A stretch of DNA of 63,016 bases, the filler included, from Choristocarpus tenellus KU-1152 (Eukaryota; Protista; Phaeophyceae), in assembly GCA_964200185.2 (NCBI GenBank). It is 9 parts of 9 records of this genome, joined end to end, with 100 filler letters (N's around TTAATTAATTAA, not from the genome) between each part and the next. Parts side by side here need not be neighbours in the genome. Positions count along the whole stretch, not along the records: positions 35,926 to 40,877 come from CAXNAD020012409.1; positions 40,978 to 55,600 come from CAXNAD020001148.1; 7 more parts are not named here. One strand, 5' to 3'. Each line of letters opens with the position of its first letter. The first letter of the stretch is position 1. The notes under the pieces were generated by a model. The model worked only from the letters and a program-made list of their open reading frames with translations, was not told the origin of the DNA and did no database searches. Both the position numbers and the translations under genes were made by a program. This document shows positions 37,900-50,706 of this stretch, in pieces.

Positions 37900-38620
37900 A
37901 TATAACAAACGAACAGAGTTATATCCTTTGATAACTGGATCCTTACATACCTGCGACATATCTTCCTTGTCTCTCTCCGCCAACACAATCTTGAGCAAAA
38001 TCTGGATGATAATCTCGTCCTTTAGACCAAGTTTTAGGTTTTTAGCTGGAAGATCACCTGGACTCATCGCCTTTACATTTCCTATGGCCTGGATTGCTTT
38101 AGTCACTTCCACCAGAAATAGTGTATCAGGGAGTCACATGCACACCTTAATTGTTGGATGAGAGGGCTTTTGGACTATTAGGGTTGAGGTTGACTAACTT
38201 GTCATTGAAGAGCACTGTAAGGTGTCACCTACACCCTGTCATTATGAATACTTGCTCTCTAAGTAGCCCGCCAGATGCGTGGTAGATCTGGAGAAATTCT
38301 ATCTGGTCTTAGTCATCCATCTACCAGGTGTAATCTTGTAAGGCTGACATCCTCGCCCATTAGATCTTTTAGCCAGACAGTTTCAATGCTCCCTTGAAAA
38401 TAATGTTGTGAGAGGCCTTTGTATTGTTGTCGCCCTGAATATTCCCACTGTTCCCAGACCTCCAAGAAACGTTTGCCCATGGTCGCTTGGACAACACACT
38501 CCATGCGGGAGGTGGTGGTGTTTCCAAAGCAGCTTCTAGAAAATGTGCCGTATGTGAACCTGCCAAGATAATATTTGCTGTCCGATGAGCTTCATCCTTG
38601 GTTGTCACTACTTCTTCTAA
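37900..38620 (-). mobile_element. Degenerate LINE pol fragment (region leading into RT)
   Basis: EVTKAIQAIGNVKAMSPGDLPAKNLK resembles the LINE 'EV..AI..L.N.KA.GPD.IP.E..K' pre-RT motif; heavily decayed. Confidence 0.6.
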
Positions 38621-38989
38621 TGACACAGGAATTCTCCCTCAATCACACTCCTGAATTCAGTCCTCAAGGGTCGGTTCAAACACCAGAGCTTGTTGGTAAA
38701 GAAAATAATGCCTCTTTTCCACTAGGGCACATCATTCGACTGGGAGCAAACAGATTAAGGGTGCAGAACGGTACCTATTTACTATCTGATTCTGTTGGCA
38801 AGACTGATTGGCAAGACTGATCGGACACCCTCATGTTGAGTGAATAAGAGATGGGTGATGACTGTTGACCTGGTGTGTAACAACTCGATGAAAGTAAGGA
38901 CACCCCATCTCCACCTGATTGCTCAAGTATGTGTGGACCCTTTTTGATGAAGTATTCCACACTGGACCAGTGGTTTATGATTACCTAAT

Positions 38990-39248
38990 GAGTGAAAGTA
39001 TCTTAGAGGGTACGAGTTTTGCCCTGTTTGTCCATTTGGGACTTGCCTTCCCATGGGTTTTCTAATGACATTTTCCTACTCCAAAATGTTGAGGAGTAGG
39101 TAAAATGTATACGTTATGAAAAGGTGTATCCAAAACATAGATATTGACACTTCCTAACAAACCCGATAGCTAAAATTTACATCAAATCGCAATACTGGAT
39201 TTTGACTCCCAAATGGACGCGGCTCTACCCTCTAAGATACTTTTGCTC
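38990..39248 (-). mobile_element. MITE family A copy with AAT TSD
   Basis: aat-GAGTGAAAGTATCTTAGAGGGTA...TACCCTCTAAGATACTTTTGCTC-aat. Confidence 0.93.
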
Positions 39249-39278
39249 AATCATATGCCTTGGTAGAGGACTCTCTGT

Positions 39279-40784
39279 ATGACCGAGGGTGTACTTATCC
39301 GTAGGTACAAGAGGTTCGCGGTGATGTTGATGATTGCGGGTGAAGAAGAGGGGGACAAGGATCTGTTAGGGTTAGCTAGGTTAGTTCTTGGTCACACGTG
39401 TGCCATTCGAATAGACCATACTGTGCCTAGACCCCCACCCCTAAGATTCTATGTTACGTTGGAGGGCACTCGGGAGACCTGGGTGAGGTTCAGGTGCCGC
39501 AGGGAACACTTCCGTCAGCTGTTTGAAGTCATGAACTTTTCGCCTGTGTTCCATTGCAAGAACGGCAGTCTGTTTACGGGGGATGAGGGTTTCCTATTGC
39601 TAATTAGGAGACTGGGATACCCAGAGGAATTCGACATTGAGTGCAGTGAACTGAGTTGTCTCTTCAATACGGTCGTGGACTGGGTATGGCAGACTCACCG
39701 ACATCGCATCAAGGACAATGAGTCAAAGTATCCTAGAGGTTACGAGTTTTGCCCTGTCTGTCCGTTTGGGGTTTGGCTTCCCACAGGGTTTTTATGACAT
39801 TTTCCAACTTCGAAATGTTTTGGAGTAGGTAAAATGTATACGTTATTAAGAGGTATGTCCGGAACAAGGATATTGACACTCCCTAACAAAAGCGTTAGTC
39901 AAAATTACATCAAAATCAGAACATTGGATTTTTTTCCCCAAATAGACGCGGCTCTACCCTCTAAGATACTTTGACTCAATCTTGGGTTCTTTGCGCTGTT
40001 CTTCCCTCAGATGGCAGCAGCTATAGAAGGCAAAGGTGGGGTTGCTGTCCCGAGCATTTCTGTGGGTGTGCAATTTGTGTTGAAGTACAGGTGCTTGAGT
40101 AGCTCTTGTAATGACCCTCGATAGCACAACATGATGCTGCACTGACTTCAAACCCCTTCAAATATGCGTGTTGGCGACCATCCAGGAGGAGTTGCCTGCT
40201 CGGGATATATGATCATAGGATTTCTGGACGGGACACTTCAGCGCATGTGCCGGCTGGGTGGGCCCATGGAGCTGGACTTGCAGTGGGAGGTCTACGACGG
40301 TCACCACAGGGCGCATGGACTTGGGTTCCAGTCTGTGGAGTTCCCGGATGGGATGATTGGAGACATATTTGGGCCTATGTCTGGCCGCAGGCATAATGCG
40401 CACATTTTACGAGAAGGTAGATTAAACTACGGGTTAGGCAAGCTGGGGCAGGGTTTTCAGTACCAGGTGTACAGGGATGCAGCGTACCCTGTCCTCTCCC
40501 ATGTGTCTCGTGGGTTCAGAGGTGCCAATCTCACCCCGGCCCGGAAGGCATATAACAGGGAACTGTCGAGAGTGAGGATTTCTGTGGAGTGGGGCTTTGG
40601 CAAGGTAGTCCAGATGTACCCTTTTGTAGAGTTCAAGAAAAACCTCAAGCTCCTACTGCAGTCAGTTGGTATGTACTACTTAGTCACAGCCCTGCTGACA
40701 AATGCCCACACTTGTTTGTATGGGTCTCAGATCGGAATTTACTTCGACATGCCGTCTCCTTCAGTTGAAGCCTACTTTGCTTGA
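39279..40784 (+). pseudogene. PIF/Harbinger-like (PHIS, DDE_Tnp_4/HARBI1-type) transposase disrupted by a MITE
   Basis: RFRCRREHF, GDEGFLLLIRRLGYP, IGFLDGT, YDGHHRAHGLGFQSVEFPDGMI..FGPMSGRRHNA, YRDAAYP, YNRELSRVRISVEWGFG; frame continues KDN-LGFFALFFPQMAAAI once 39720-39980 is removed. Confidence 0.9.
39720..39977 (-). mobile_element. MITE family A copy with AAT TSD inside the transposase
   Basis: aat-GAGTCAAAGTATCCTAGAGGTTA...TACCCTCTAAGATACTTTGACTC-aat. Confidence 0.95.
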
Positions 40785-40837
40785 GGCCTGTCACCTCGGG
40801 TCATGGGGTTGGAGAGCTCAGGGAAGTGAGAAATCAT

Positions 40838-40877
40838 GAGCCAAAGTATCTTAGAGGGTAGAGCCGCGTCCATTTGG
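40838..40877 (+). mobile_element. MITE family A end cut by the contig break
   Basis: GAGCCAAAGTATCTTAGAGGGTAGAGCCGCGTCCATTTGG. Confidence 0.85.
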
Positions 40878-43283
40878 NNNNNNNNNNNNNNNNNNNNNNN
40901 NNNNNNNNNNNNNNNNNNNNNTTAATTAATTAANNNNNNNNNNNNNNNNNNNNNNNNNNNNNNNNNNNNNNNNNNNNGAAGCATTCCGCTTGCTTGCCGA
41001 GGCGCCCAAACCTTTCCACCGCAAAGGTGTTGAGGTTATAACTATCAAGTATATATCATAGGTTTTATGTATGTTGATCTTTAGTTCAGTACAATACAAA
41101 GTAGTGACATGCACAGCGGTACGTTATGGTGGGCCAATGGGACATTAAAAGTGGTATAGTGGGACAATAGCAGTAATATAGTTATATTGGACACCAAGTG
41201 GACAATATCCTGCAGGCAATAAATAATTCAGTGTATGCTTTACTATCTAACTCAACTGCCAGCTTTCGGCGACGAGCCTTACATGCGCCAAACTTCTCAA
41301 CAGAATATTGTGGTGGCAGATGATAATCTGATACATACTGTGTACGATACTTCAGACCATTCGGATTACAAATGTGGAACTATTGACCTGAGTTTTAAGC
41401 ATACATCAACTTTGAAAATAGCTTGCATGATTGTCAAAATTAGAGTCTGAAAGTCAAACATCATTTCGTTCGGTTGTACATATGCGCGTATTTTCAGGCG
41501 ACTTCTCCAAGCCTCACCATCAACCTACAGCCCTTAGGGTTGAACCTACATATCCTGTAAAGGTAAGCTACTGTGAGTGTATGGAAATTGTGCATGAGAT
41601 GCGGGATGACAAGCGGACTTTTCCAGAGCGAGAGACAGTGGAGGAAGTAAGGTGGAGCTGATTCAAATTGGCGTAAGATGCAGCCTACAGTTTGTCAGGA
41701 TAGCACAAGAGGACGACACAAGGACACATGTGAGACCGAGAGACCATACCTGTAATGTGGACGAAGGAGGGGCAATACATGGCAAGCAGGCACATGATAC
41801 AGAGGAAAGCTGATCACTGCGAACATTTATCAGTGATGGACGGCTGAACCCATGGGAGTCATGTGTGCAAAAAAAAGTCAGCACTACAGGAGAAACCATT
41901 GGGCAATTAACATGTGCAAAATCAAAAGAGCCAGTGCTGGTAACATGTCAACAGACAAACGGACTACATGTGGTTCCTCACTACGGATACAAAAGCTGCT
42001 TCACTCTATGGAATAAATGAGGCAGCATCCAGAATTGAATAGTGCCAAGAACGCTTTAAGCATATATTCATCCATAGTATAACCCACTGTTGATTTCCTC
42101 TGACTGATGGGTTGGTCCAACTGAATGAGCATTTGGTTTGGAGAGTTCAAGGTGGCATCTGACGTCACTCATCTGTTATTGTGAGCACCATGAAAGGTTC
42201 AACATCCAGCAATCACAATGGGTAGTGGAAATCCCAACAACAGGACCCAACCTAAAAATAGCAAGTCATACTTACCAAGGTTGACTTTGCCTAATGTGCC
42301 TCAAATACTGTGGAGTACAAGATACCATGGGGTTCTAGAGCGTATCTGCTCTGTTCTTGAGCGATCAGTGCACCACAAAGTATTCTAAAGTGGTAACAAC
42401 TTGCCACTCACGTCATGGGGATCAATGAAGGATGCATAAAAACTCTCAGTACTTTGGAGTATTCCCTGTTCTACATTCTGTGTTTCAGTACTCCAAGCTA
42501 CACCAGGTACCTACCATGACCTTCCAGGCATTTCTATTTGGGGTATATTTTCGGTTGCTTTAGCAAATGGGGCAAGTATGCCACACATTGATAACTCCAA
42601 CAAACTCCTTGACTTCAGGAGTTTTCTGAATCATTGGGCCATAAATTCAGCAAGGAGTTCGGTGACAACTAACGCAGGGGTTAGAGTGCTGTGTCACATG
42701 GATTCTCAAACTGTGAAACACCCTAGATATGAGGAAAAACAAATATCTGAGGAGGAATCAGAGACTACTACGGTTGCAGGAGCATCCTTCAAAAGCACAT
42801 CCCTCGCTCTAAAACGACTTTCAGTTAGTGGATCTCTGTGCATGAGATTTCTTGGTCTCACGCCTAGGAAATTAACCCTGAGAAAAGCGTTCTGCTCATG
42901 TCTCCATGACCCGATTATGCAAAAACCGGTTTGAGATTGGAACCTGAATGAACGGTTACGCAAGGAGCGCCTCTATCAGATAGTCATGATTTCGCAACAG
43001 TAATTGCATTTGACATGCATCTATCAGGTTTAAGCTGCATGATAAGTAATACACATCAAGTCAGCTTTTCTGATCCTGCAGTGTCTCAGAGCATCCATCC
43101 CCATGCACCACCCAAATAGTCATGATCTCATGATTCAATGAACACCGAACACTGAATTTCTTCACACATGTAAAAACAAGGCACAAATTGCTAAGATGTT
43201 GAACCATAAAGCAACCCTAATCATTAAAACTTCGACCAACCCTTTTTGCCTCATATCTCATCTAATACTACACTACTTCTGAT

Positions 43284-44292
43284 TCACGGCACAGTCTTTG
43301 CAATGAAGTCGACTGCATCCTGTACTGTTATGATAGTAGCTGCAGCTTCATCCTTGATCTTGATCTAAAACATTTCCGGTAGGGGGGCAGAACAACAAGA
43401 GAATGCTTTAGGCAGATGAGATATAGGTAGTTGCAGTGTGGGACAACCTTGCATGGGACAAGGTATCAGTGGAAAATGACAAGAGAAAAAAAACCATGTG
43501 AGTCATTATCGCAATATATGGTCCGTGCACCAAGACAAAGAATCATAGGGAAAAGCTGTCTCCTCTTCAAGGGGCATAGAGTAACATCCAAGACTGCAAC
43601 AAATTTGGACATGTCCAGGGTGACCTGAGGACGCCACCATACATTCTTGTGATACTTTTTTGAACATAGCATGAAACTATACAGATTCCTAGACCCTCTG
43701 CAGAGGAAAAATTGGAAAACATTTTGGTGAAAGTCTACATTGCAACAACATATTCCACAGGGTTTGAGGCAAGGTATGTGACAGACACCCCAGCAAGGTC
43801 TTGCGGCAACAACCTCCACATCAAATTATCAACAGATATTAATCAATGCTTCCTGCATGAGATTGCACACACTACATCAGTCCGCACGGCACACCAAAAT
43901 AGCCAACTCAAAAAGAGGTTATTTATCGGTGTTACCCTCGCAAGAGCAAATAATCCGTTCTACTTAGGTCATTCTAAAAATACTAACACTTCTATTTATG
44001 AAGCAGCTTCTCACAAATCAAAAACATTCTCACATCAAAACCCTCCTCCAAAGCCATGATCAGTTCTACTGTGTCCAGAGAGTCGGCCCCAAGGTCCTGT
44101 GTGAAGGATGCGGTGGAGATGACCTGGGTGTCCTCCACTCCCAGCTGACTGGCGACGATAGTCTTCACCTTATCGAAGACTTCTTCCGAAGAGACCATTC
44201 GAAGGGGGGGCAACGATCGACGGAAATTCGTATTGTGGCGAGTCATGCTCTCGCATGAGGAAAACCGCACGGAGGGTATGACGAAGGCCACA
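43284..44292 (-). CDS. acpP: Acyl carrier protein, probably plastid-targeted; exons 44292-44034 and 43364-43284, signal-peptide exon not located
   Basis: [15 protein letters not shown]...[42 protein letters not shown] (phosphopantetheine DSL site); N-terminal VAFVIPS then an S/R-rich transit-like peptide. Confidence 0.95.
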
Positions 44293-45299
44293 CTGTTTTG
44301 TGGGGAGAGGGCATGGAAAAGATGGTAAGTGGGGGTATGGTTCAGTTGTAGGGTCCTTGAAGAAAGAAGGTTGCCAATATGAGCGAATCAGAGATAGAGG
44401 TATGTTATTTTTAGGTTCATGTTAGCGATTTGCCCTTAAAAAAGGAAACCGCCAACGGAAAATACCAACATGAAACAACCTCAAGCTTAGAGGTCTACGG
44501 ACAGATACCGTCGGTTGACAAAACATAAACAGAGAAGTACTGAGCTGGTGCGCGATGTAAATGAAGGATGCTTTGTATCCCTCATGATATAAGATGCAAA
44601 GCAGTAGGGACACAACATAGAAGTCAGTCATTCAACTTCAGAGGGTGTCTAGTACTATTCTGGGGCAACAAATAGCTCGTTTGGAATAGAAAGTCCAGGC
44701 TTATTGTGAGATAAGTCAAGAGATGTACCGGATCCGTTACTACAGGTAACCATGTGTTTCAAAAGATATGAAGGATTCTCGGTTTGACCTCGATACCATA
44801 TGCAGCAAAGGATTATACCTTTACACACAACAGAGTTTGACATCGACTTGGAACCCTCTTCATTGCAAAATGCAATAGCTGAAAGGAGTGAATGATGCAC
44901 CGATAAAAACCATACATAAAATTCTCGTTTCTCAACGCACTGCACGATCGATCAGAAGACGTGGCTCTTAGAGGGAAAGGAAGAAGGACGGAGAGAACGC
45001 TTTGTTTCATGACAGTTGAACACATGGTGGATATGATAATCCAGCTCTCAAAGAAGTACACACCTGGAGGAGGCCATGAGAGCTAACGCCAAACCCTGAC
45101 AAGAAAGCTTCATGATGCAGTACAAGTAGGGAATGAGCAGTTAGAGCTTCAGCTTGATTCGTGAATTCCTACACATTCGGGTTTCACGACCTTACATTGA
45201 CGTTCCATCCCCTTCCATGTTTATTAAACCCGTATGTCCAAACATGTTATCTCTCTAAAGATGTTGGTTGGACTTCTGACCTTTTATCTATTGCGATAA

Positions 45300-46663
45300 A
45301 TGTCCATACTGATGTTGAGGCGATGTGTTACTGGGAAGGCTGGAAGGTTGCATCGTGGCTTTTGTGATAAGCAGACTGATTTTCTCGTTACAGGATCGCT
45401 GCTTGATGCAAGGAGGAGGGGGGTCGATGTACCTTCTAAGGGGCAATACCTGACCATCACACACAAGTTTGGACCTCAAGCAGTATCTGCTTTTGCCAAA
45501 TATACGGGTGACGATAATCCTATCCATTTGGACGACCAGTACGCCAAGGGAGAAGGGTGGGCATCAGCATCCTTCGGGGCTAAATAACCAACAAGTAGAA
45601 ATGCAGAGGTTCGAGACCGTTGTTGTGGACTATTTGAGGGCAGGAGGATGAACTAGCGAGTACAGAATAACCCGACAAGTTCAACCAAGCTTTATCGAGC
45701 CATGCACTCCGAGGGAAAGGAAGATGTGCATGCGTCAGCCCTGAAAGTCGACGAATTCCGCTTTTTCGACCCTTACACATCTTCTCATGGGCAACTCTCT
45801 TCTGTGGTTGTATCTCACACATTGTGCCCATGCCGGGTGGGGAATATCTAGAGAATTAGGCATTGAACGCACGGTCAAAGGTCGAACCCAGCGCTTCTTT
45901 TTACAGATTTCATAACCGACCCTTACTCATCCTCCCTCACCTTAAGTCTCCTGGCTATGTTGCCCCCTCCACAGGCATCGCGCTTACCAGGGCTGTATTG
46001 TTCACGGCCTCCTTGTGTCTGGTCTCTTCTCAGCGACCTTTGGGAGGTCTATTCCTGGCGCCATCTATATATCGCAGTCGTTGAGGTAAATAACAAGTGT
46101 GTAGCGATACTCCTTGGAAGTACCGAGAATGGCAATCAGGAATAATTTGTACGATGTATATTTGACTTTGTCGCACCTCCCTGATTCTGCACCGTATCCG
46201 AGTGCAGACTACTGGGAACCTGCTTTGGGTGGTGCTGATGAAGAATAATGTGTGTTCGATTGGAGCTTTACCCAGCGGGAAGCTACAGTTGTAGTTGGTG
46301 GCAAGTGACTTCTCTTGCACATGTGCAATCTTAGTTCTTCGAATATTTTCTTAATTCACTGGGTTCGTCACCATCCACTGCCATCCTTTTTCTTCAAACT
46401 ATATTTTGCTGATGATCAACACGTAGCTCATTTATCCCTTTGTTCTTGCTGTCCTTTCTTCAAGGTTCGAGATGCCAGTGCCAGTGGGAGCATTGATAGA
46501 AGCAAGGGTTGAAGTGGAACGATCGCGTGTCACGTCTTCCGGGAATGAGGTCTTCGTCCAATGCTCCACCATTGCCACACTAGAGGGTGGCTTGACCGCA
46601 ATTTCAGGTCAAGCTCAAGTGTTGCTGCCAAAAAATTGCAACATTAGCAGCAGCTGTGCTTAG
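45300..46663 (+). CDS. MaoC-like hotdog-fold (R)-hydratase / 3-hydroxyacyl-thioester dehydratase (HTD2-like); exons 45300-45556, 45975-46085, 46465-46663
   Basis: Spliced frame: FAKYTGDDNPIHLDDQYAKGEG/HRAYQGCIVHGLLVSGLFSATFGRSIPGAIYISQSLR/FEMPVPVG...AISGQAQVLLP; Arg-rich N-terminus MLRRCVTGKAGRLHRGF looks like a mitochondrial presequence. Confidence 0.92.
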
Positions 46664-49600
46664 GACATCACATCCTACGTTTCAGCAAGAGTACGGGGAG
46701 AGAGCCAGCCCCTTGTGTGAATTGATTGGGATGCCAAACTGGAAAGGACGTAGCAGTTTTGTCCAAAGTATTGAAAAATTGCTGCGGTAAATACCCTAGG
46801 CACTCTCCTCTTTGATGCCCATTTGGATACATCTTTATTCCATGTCAGTAGTAAGATTAGTCATTTCAAGTGTTGAACTAACACGGAGTCATTCATGTAC
46901 TTGAAAGGAGAACAAACCCTTGTGTTGACGTTTCTTTTCAACATGTCACACGATTTTCGGTCTCATTTTATGTCGGTATCACTCCAGAGCTAAAGAGCTC
47001 CGCAGCACCCACCACAGAACTCTATAACATCAGTGCTTCATCCAACTGGGTATTTAAGAATTGTAGATGTACACAGTCACACTAGAGAGCATTCGACTTC
47101 CCATCACAAGGCCATAAATTATTCTTGTAAAATCATAGAGTAACTGAATATCCCTTACTAAAATATTATCAAGTACTTACAAGTCTGTGTCCACATAGGT
47201 GTGCAGATGCAGGCCTGGTTACAACGTAACATAACTGTGGCCTATAGCTAGCCTCTATGGTGTGACTTATCCTGGGACCCACACCGTGACCATCAGACCT
47301 GGAACCAGCATGTGGCACGGAGTTGCTAAGACACAGATCCACTGTGTGGTCTCAAAACTTAGTCACACTAAAAGTCATGACAGTCAAGTAAGTTGAGGTT
47401 GAATCATGTTACACCTATTGGTACCACATGTTTGTGACTACAGAACAAGACTATGTCCACAGCGTTCACTGCCTCGTTGTGGAGGTTGGGGTTAGAGGTT
47501 TGACTTCGACATTTGTCACCTTCACTTTAACATTTTTATCTGTATGCAAGTGTGGATTGTGGACCTGCTATTGTGATGGATGCATCTGCCTCAATCCATG
47601 CCCAATGCTCACAGCAGGGCCCTGAAATCCCCAGTATTGCCTCAGACCCCAAACTGCATCTGCCCACCCAGGGCCCTAACTCTAGCCTATAGTCCTGAAT
47701 CAACTTGTATCAAACATCACACACATCCACCTGTGAAAGGCAAAAGACCTTAACAATTGAGTTTCTAATTCGACTAGGTTTTTGTGGTTCAGGGCGCTGC
47801 ACATGTTTTACCTAGACAATGTTTTTATGAATTTTTCCAATAATATTAGTGTAACCTCTCTCACCATGTCAATCAATCCTCAAATGTTTGATAGCTGAAG
47901 GCCACCCAAGAACACTGCAGGAGGATCTATTCAAAACATGGACTTTCAAAAACATCGAAGCACTTCATTTGTTGAAAGAATACTCTTCTCATTTTCTCCA
48001 CACCATAGCTCAAAGCTATCAAATTTTTCCCACCTGGAAAATTACACCCCTCAATCGCTAGCATCAGCCTAGAACAGTCAGCCACATATTTGCCCCATAG
48101 CATTCATTTCCATGACCATGCTTGGGTCATTTTAATTTGTAGCATCCATTTACAGGGCAACATTTGTGAGTCAGTTGCCTCTACATCAGCCACTGTTGTC
48201 CATATAACACCGCTCAACTTCATTTCATTTGATCTCCATGTCCCTTGTCGTAACATCTTGCAGTACCTTTTACTATAGTACGTGCATTGCTGAGGAGACG
48301 CTCAAGAGCTCACTTGCCCTGCAGTGTCCAAAACCCGGAACCACGCTTGGTTCTGTTGAATACGATCCAGGGACACGGTCCACCTACCACGTACTGTTCT
48401 TTTTCTTAAAAAACACTTCGTTGATTTTTTTTTTTTAAGCTGAGGAAGTGGGAAGAAGTTTAGAAGAACTAAAGAAATAATACAATAAAAGAGAAAATTA
48501 TGGGTCCACTGTACTGTGTGTCATAAAAATTGCCTGCTGCACAGCAAACACCCGAGAACCCATTTGCTTCACAATGGGTGTTTACAAACACGTCTTGTCC
48601 TGGGCGAAGCTTGGGGCTGTTCACTCTCCAACCACCTTTGACCAACAGCCCTCAGGGTAATTTCCCCTTTAATGGCTGCCAGGCAATTTGATCCGTAATG
48701 TCCATTGTCCAAGAAAATATTTGTGATGATTTTGCCCTTTAATGTCTGTAGTCCCCAACAGTACTTTTTATTATATGCACAACACAATGCTGCCAAGAGT
48801 TGCGCTATAGGAGCACTACACTTTCTGAGGCGTTATCTTTTACAAATCTGAGAGGAGTCATCCTTGGGGGTGCCGACGCCTGCTAGAATCTTCTCTCAGA
48901 AGCAGAATGTAGTAGTGAAAGCAAAGAAAATGTGAGAAATTGGTATTGAGATATAGTATCATGCTGAATCAATAAAAAGGTTGAGATATGCATGGAAGAT
49001 TTGTTCTGATGTTGACTGCCATAGCTCCCCTTCCTATCATCTCACAAATCTGCAGCCAGACTTAATGCAGAAAGGTGACTAAACACACACACTTTCATCA
49101 AAACCTTGCATTGGAACCTTTTTGCTTTCTAAAAGAACTTTTCCTCTCAGTGTACAAATGTCAGAGGGTATGGTACACCACACTTTCATCACCACAACAC
49201 AGTCAGATACAACTACAAGATGCAGCAGGGGGATTGTCAGAACCCAAAAAGTTTGTTGCTTCAAAGGTTTGTTGAGAGGAAATCGGAAGCATCATACATG
49301 AATTTTTCAAATTTGGACATTATAACTGAGGGTATGAAATTCCTACATGTAGACAGAATGCCCTCAAGTTTGACCTGTATAGTTGGTGTGTCCCATAGGG
49401 TCAAGGTTTTTAAGTGAAATGGAATTTCTTATTAAAAGGTCGCTGTAGAAGAGTTGAAGATTAAAAAAAATAACCCTTGTTGTGTCACCAACTCTTTTTG
49501 TTCTGTGTGATAACAAACTAACGCCCGCCCAACATCTCGCTCTAAAATATCTTTTTCACAAATGAACTCCCTTCCTTCTCACCAAAGCTTCTAACATAGA

Positions 49601-50706
49601 AAAACAAACCTTAAAACACTTTTCTCCCCTGCACAATTGATCTATTCAAGTCACAGAACTGCAACAGCAGTGACCTGCATGCACCACCATCACACCATAC
49701 AAACGCATTCAAGAACATTCAAGAACAGGCAACTACAAAAAGCACAAAAAAATGCATGTACCGATACACTAAATACTGAGTCGGATAGAGGTTGAGAGCT
49801 CTTAGAAGAGAACAAAAAATCTAGGAGTGTGCCCACCTGCTACTGCAACAGGTCAAAACCACCCTGACTTACTCTGTCATCAACCTTCTGTACTCTTACA
49901 AATACTGCAGTATCTTGGTCTACCTCAAACTGCTGGAAGCAGACAACAACAAGCAAAAAAAAATTAAAAAAATTTGCTCATGGGAGTTCCGCCCGCATTC
50001 AATTTCAACCCAGAATTACTACAATGCTCAGCACTGATTGCTCATATAACTGCTCTCACACAGCAAATGAAAAGTTTCCATTTTTGATTCCCAAACCTCC
50101 CCCATTAAACAATTTACAAAAAATCTCACATGCCCAAGCTAACTCTTACAGTAAATACACTACAGTACAAACAAACTGCCAAACCAAGATATCCCTCCAC
50201 TCCAGTACAGGTGAACAGCAGAGACGCTAACTATGTGGAAGCACTCCATACCCTGCAGTACAGCCACTCTCACTGAAGTAGACTGATGCCGAAAAGATGT
50301 CTTTCAACTATTACATCAAGCACCAGCAGTAATCCAACTTCCATTCTACTCCAAGTGCACATGATGCAGGGTGACTGGAGGCAAATCTCTATGGTACAAA
50401 ATCAGCACAAAATCAATCACACACAGAACACAAAAAAAACAAGGTACAGGTCAACCCAGCAGGACCCTGTACAACAATCAAGAACCAAGTCTGGGGTAAA
50501 ACATGCGGTGGATTCCTACCAAAGCAGTCTTAAGTAGGATTGCTCCTAAAATTACCAGGCAAAAAACAAATCTTTTCAACTCATTAAACAAGCATGAACA
50601 ACCACCTCAAACCAAAGTTAGTGGCCTACCACTTCACCTCACCAGTCTCGTCTTTCTATCGAGAACCCCAAACAAGATTCAGCTAACAAGAGTAAGTTAA
50701 CAAGAG

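Noticed and set aside
42100-42960. LRR/F-box pseudogene (LNLSWC-like motif)
   Set aside because: One motif needing a frameshift; insufficient.
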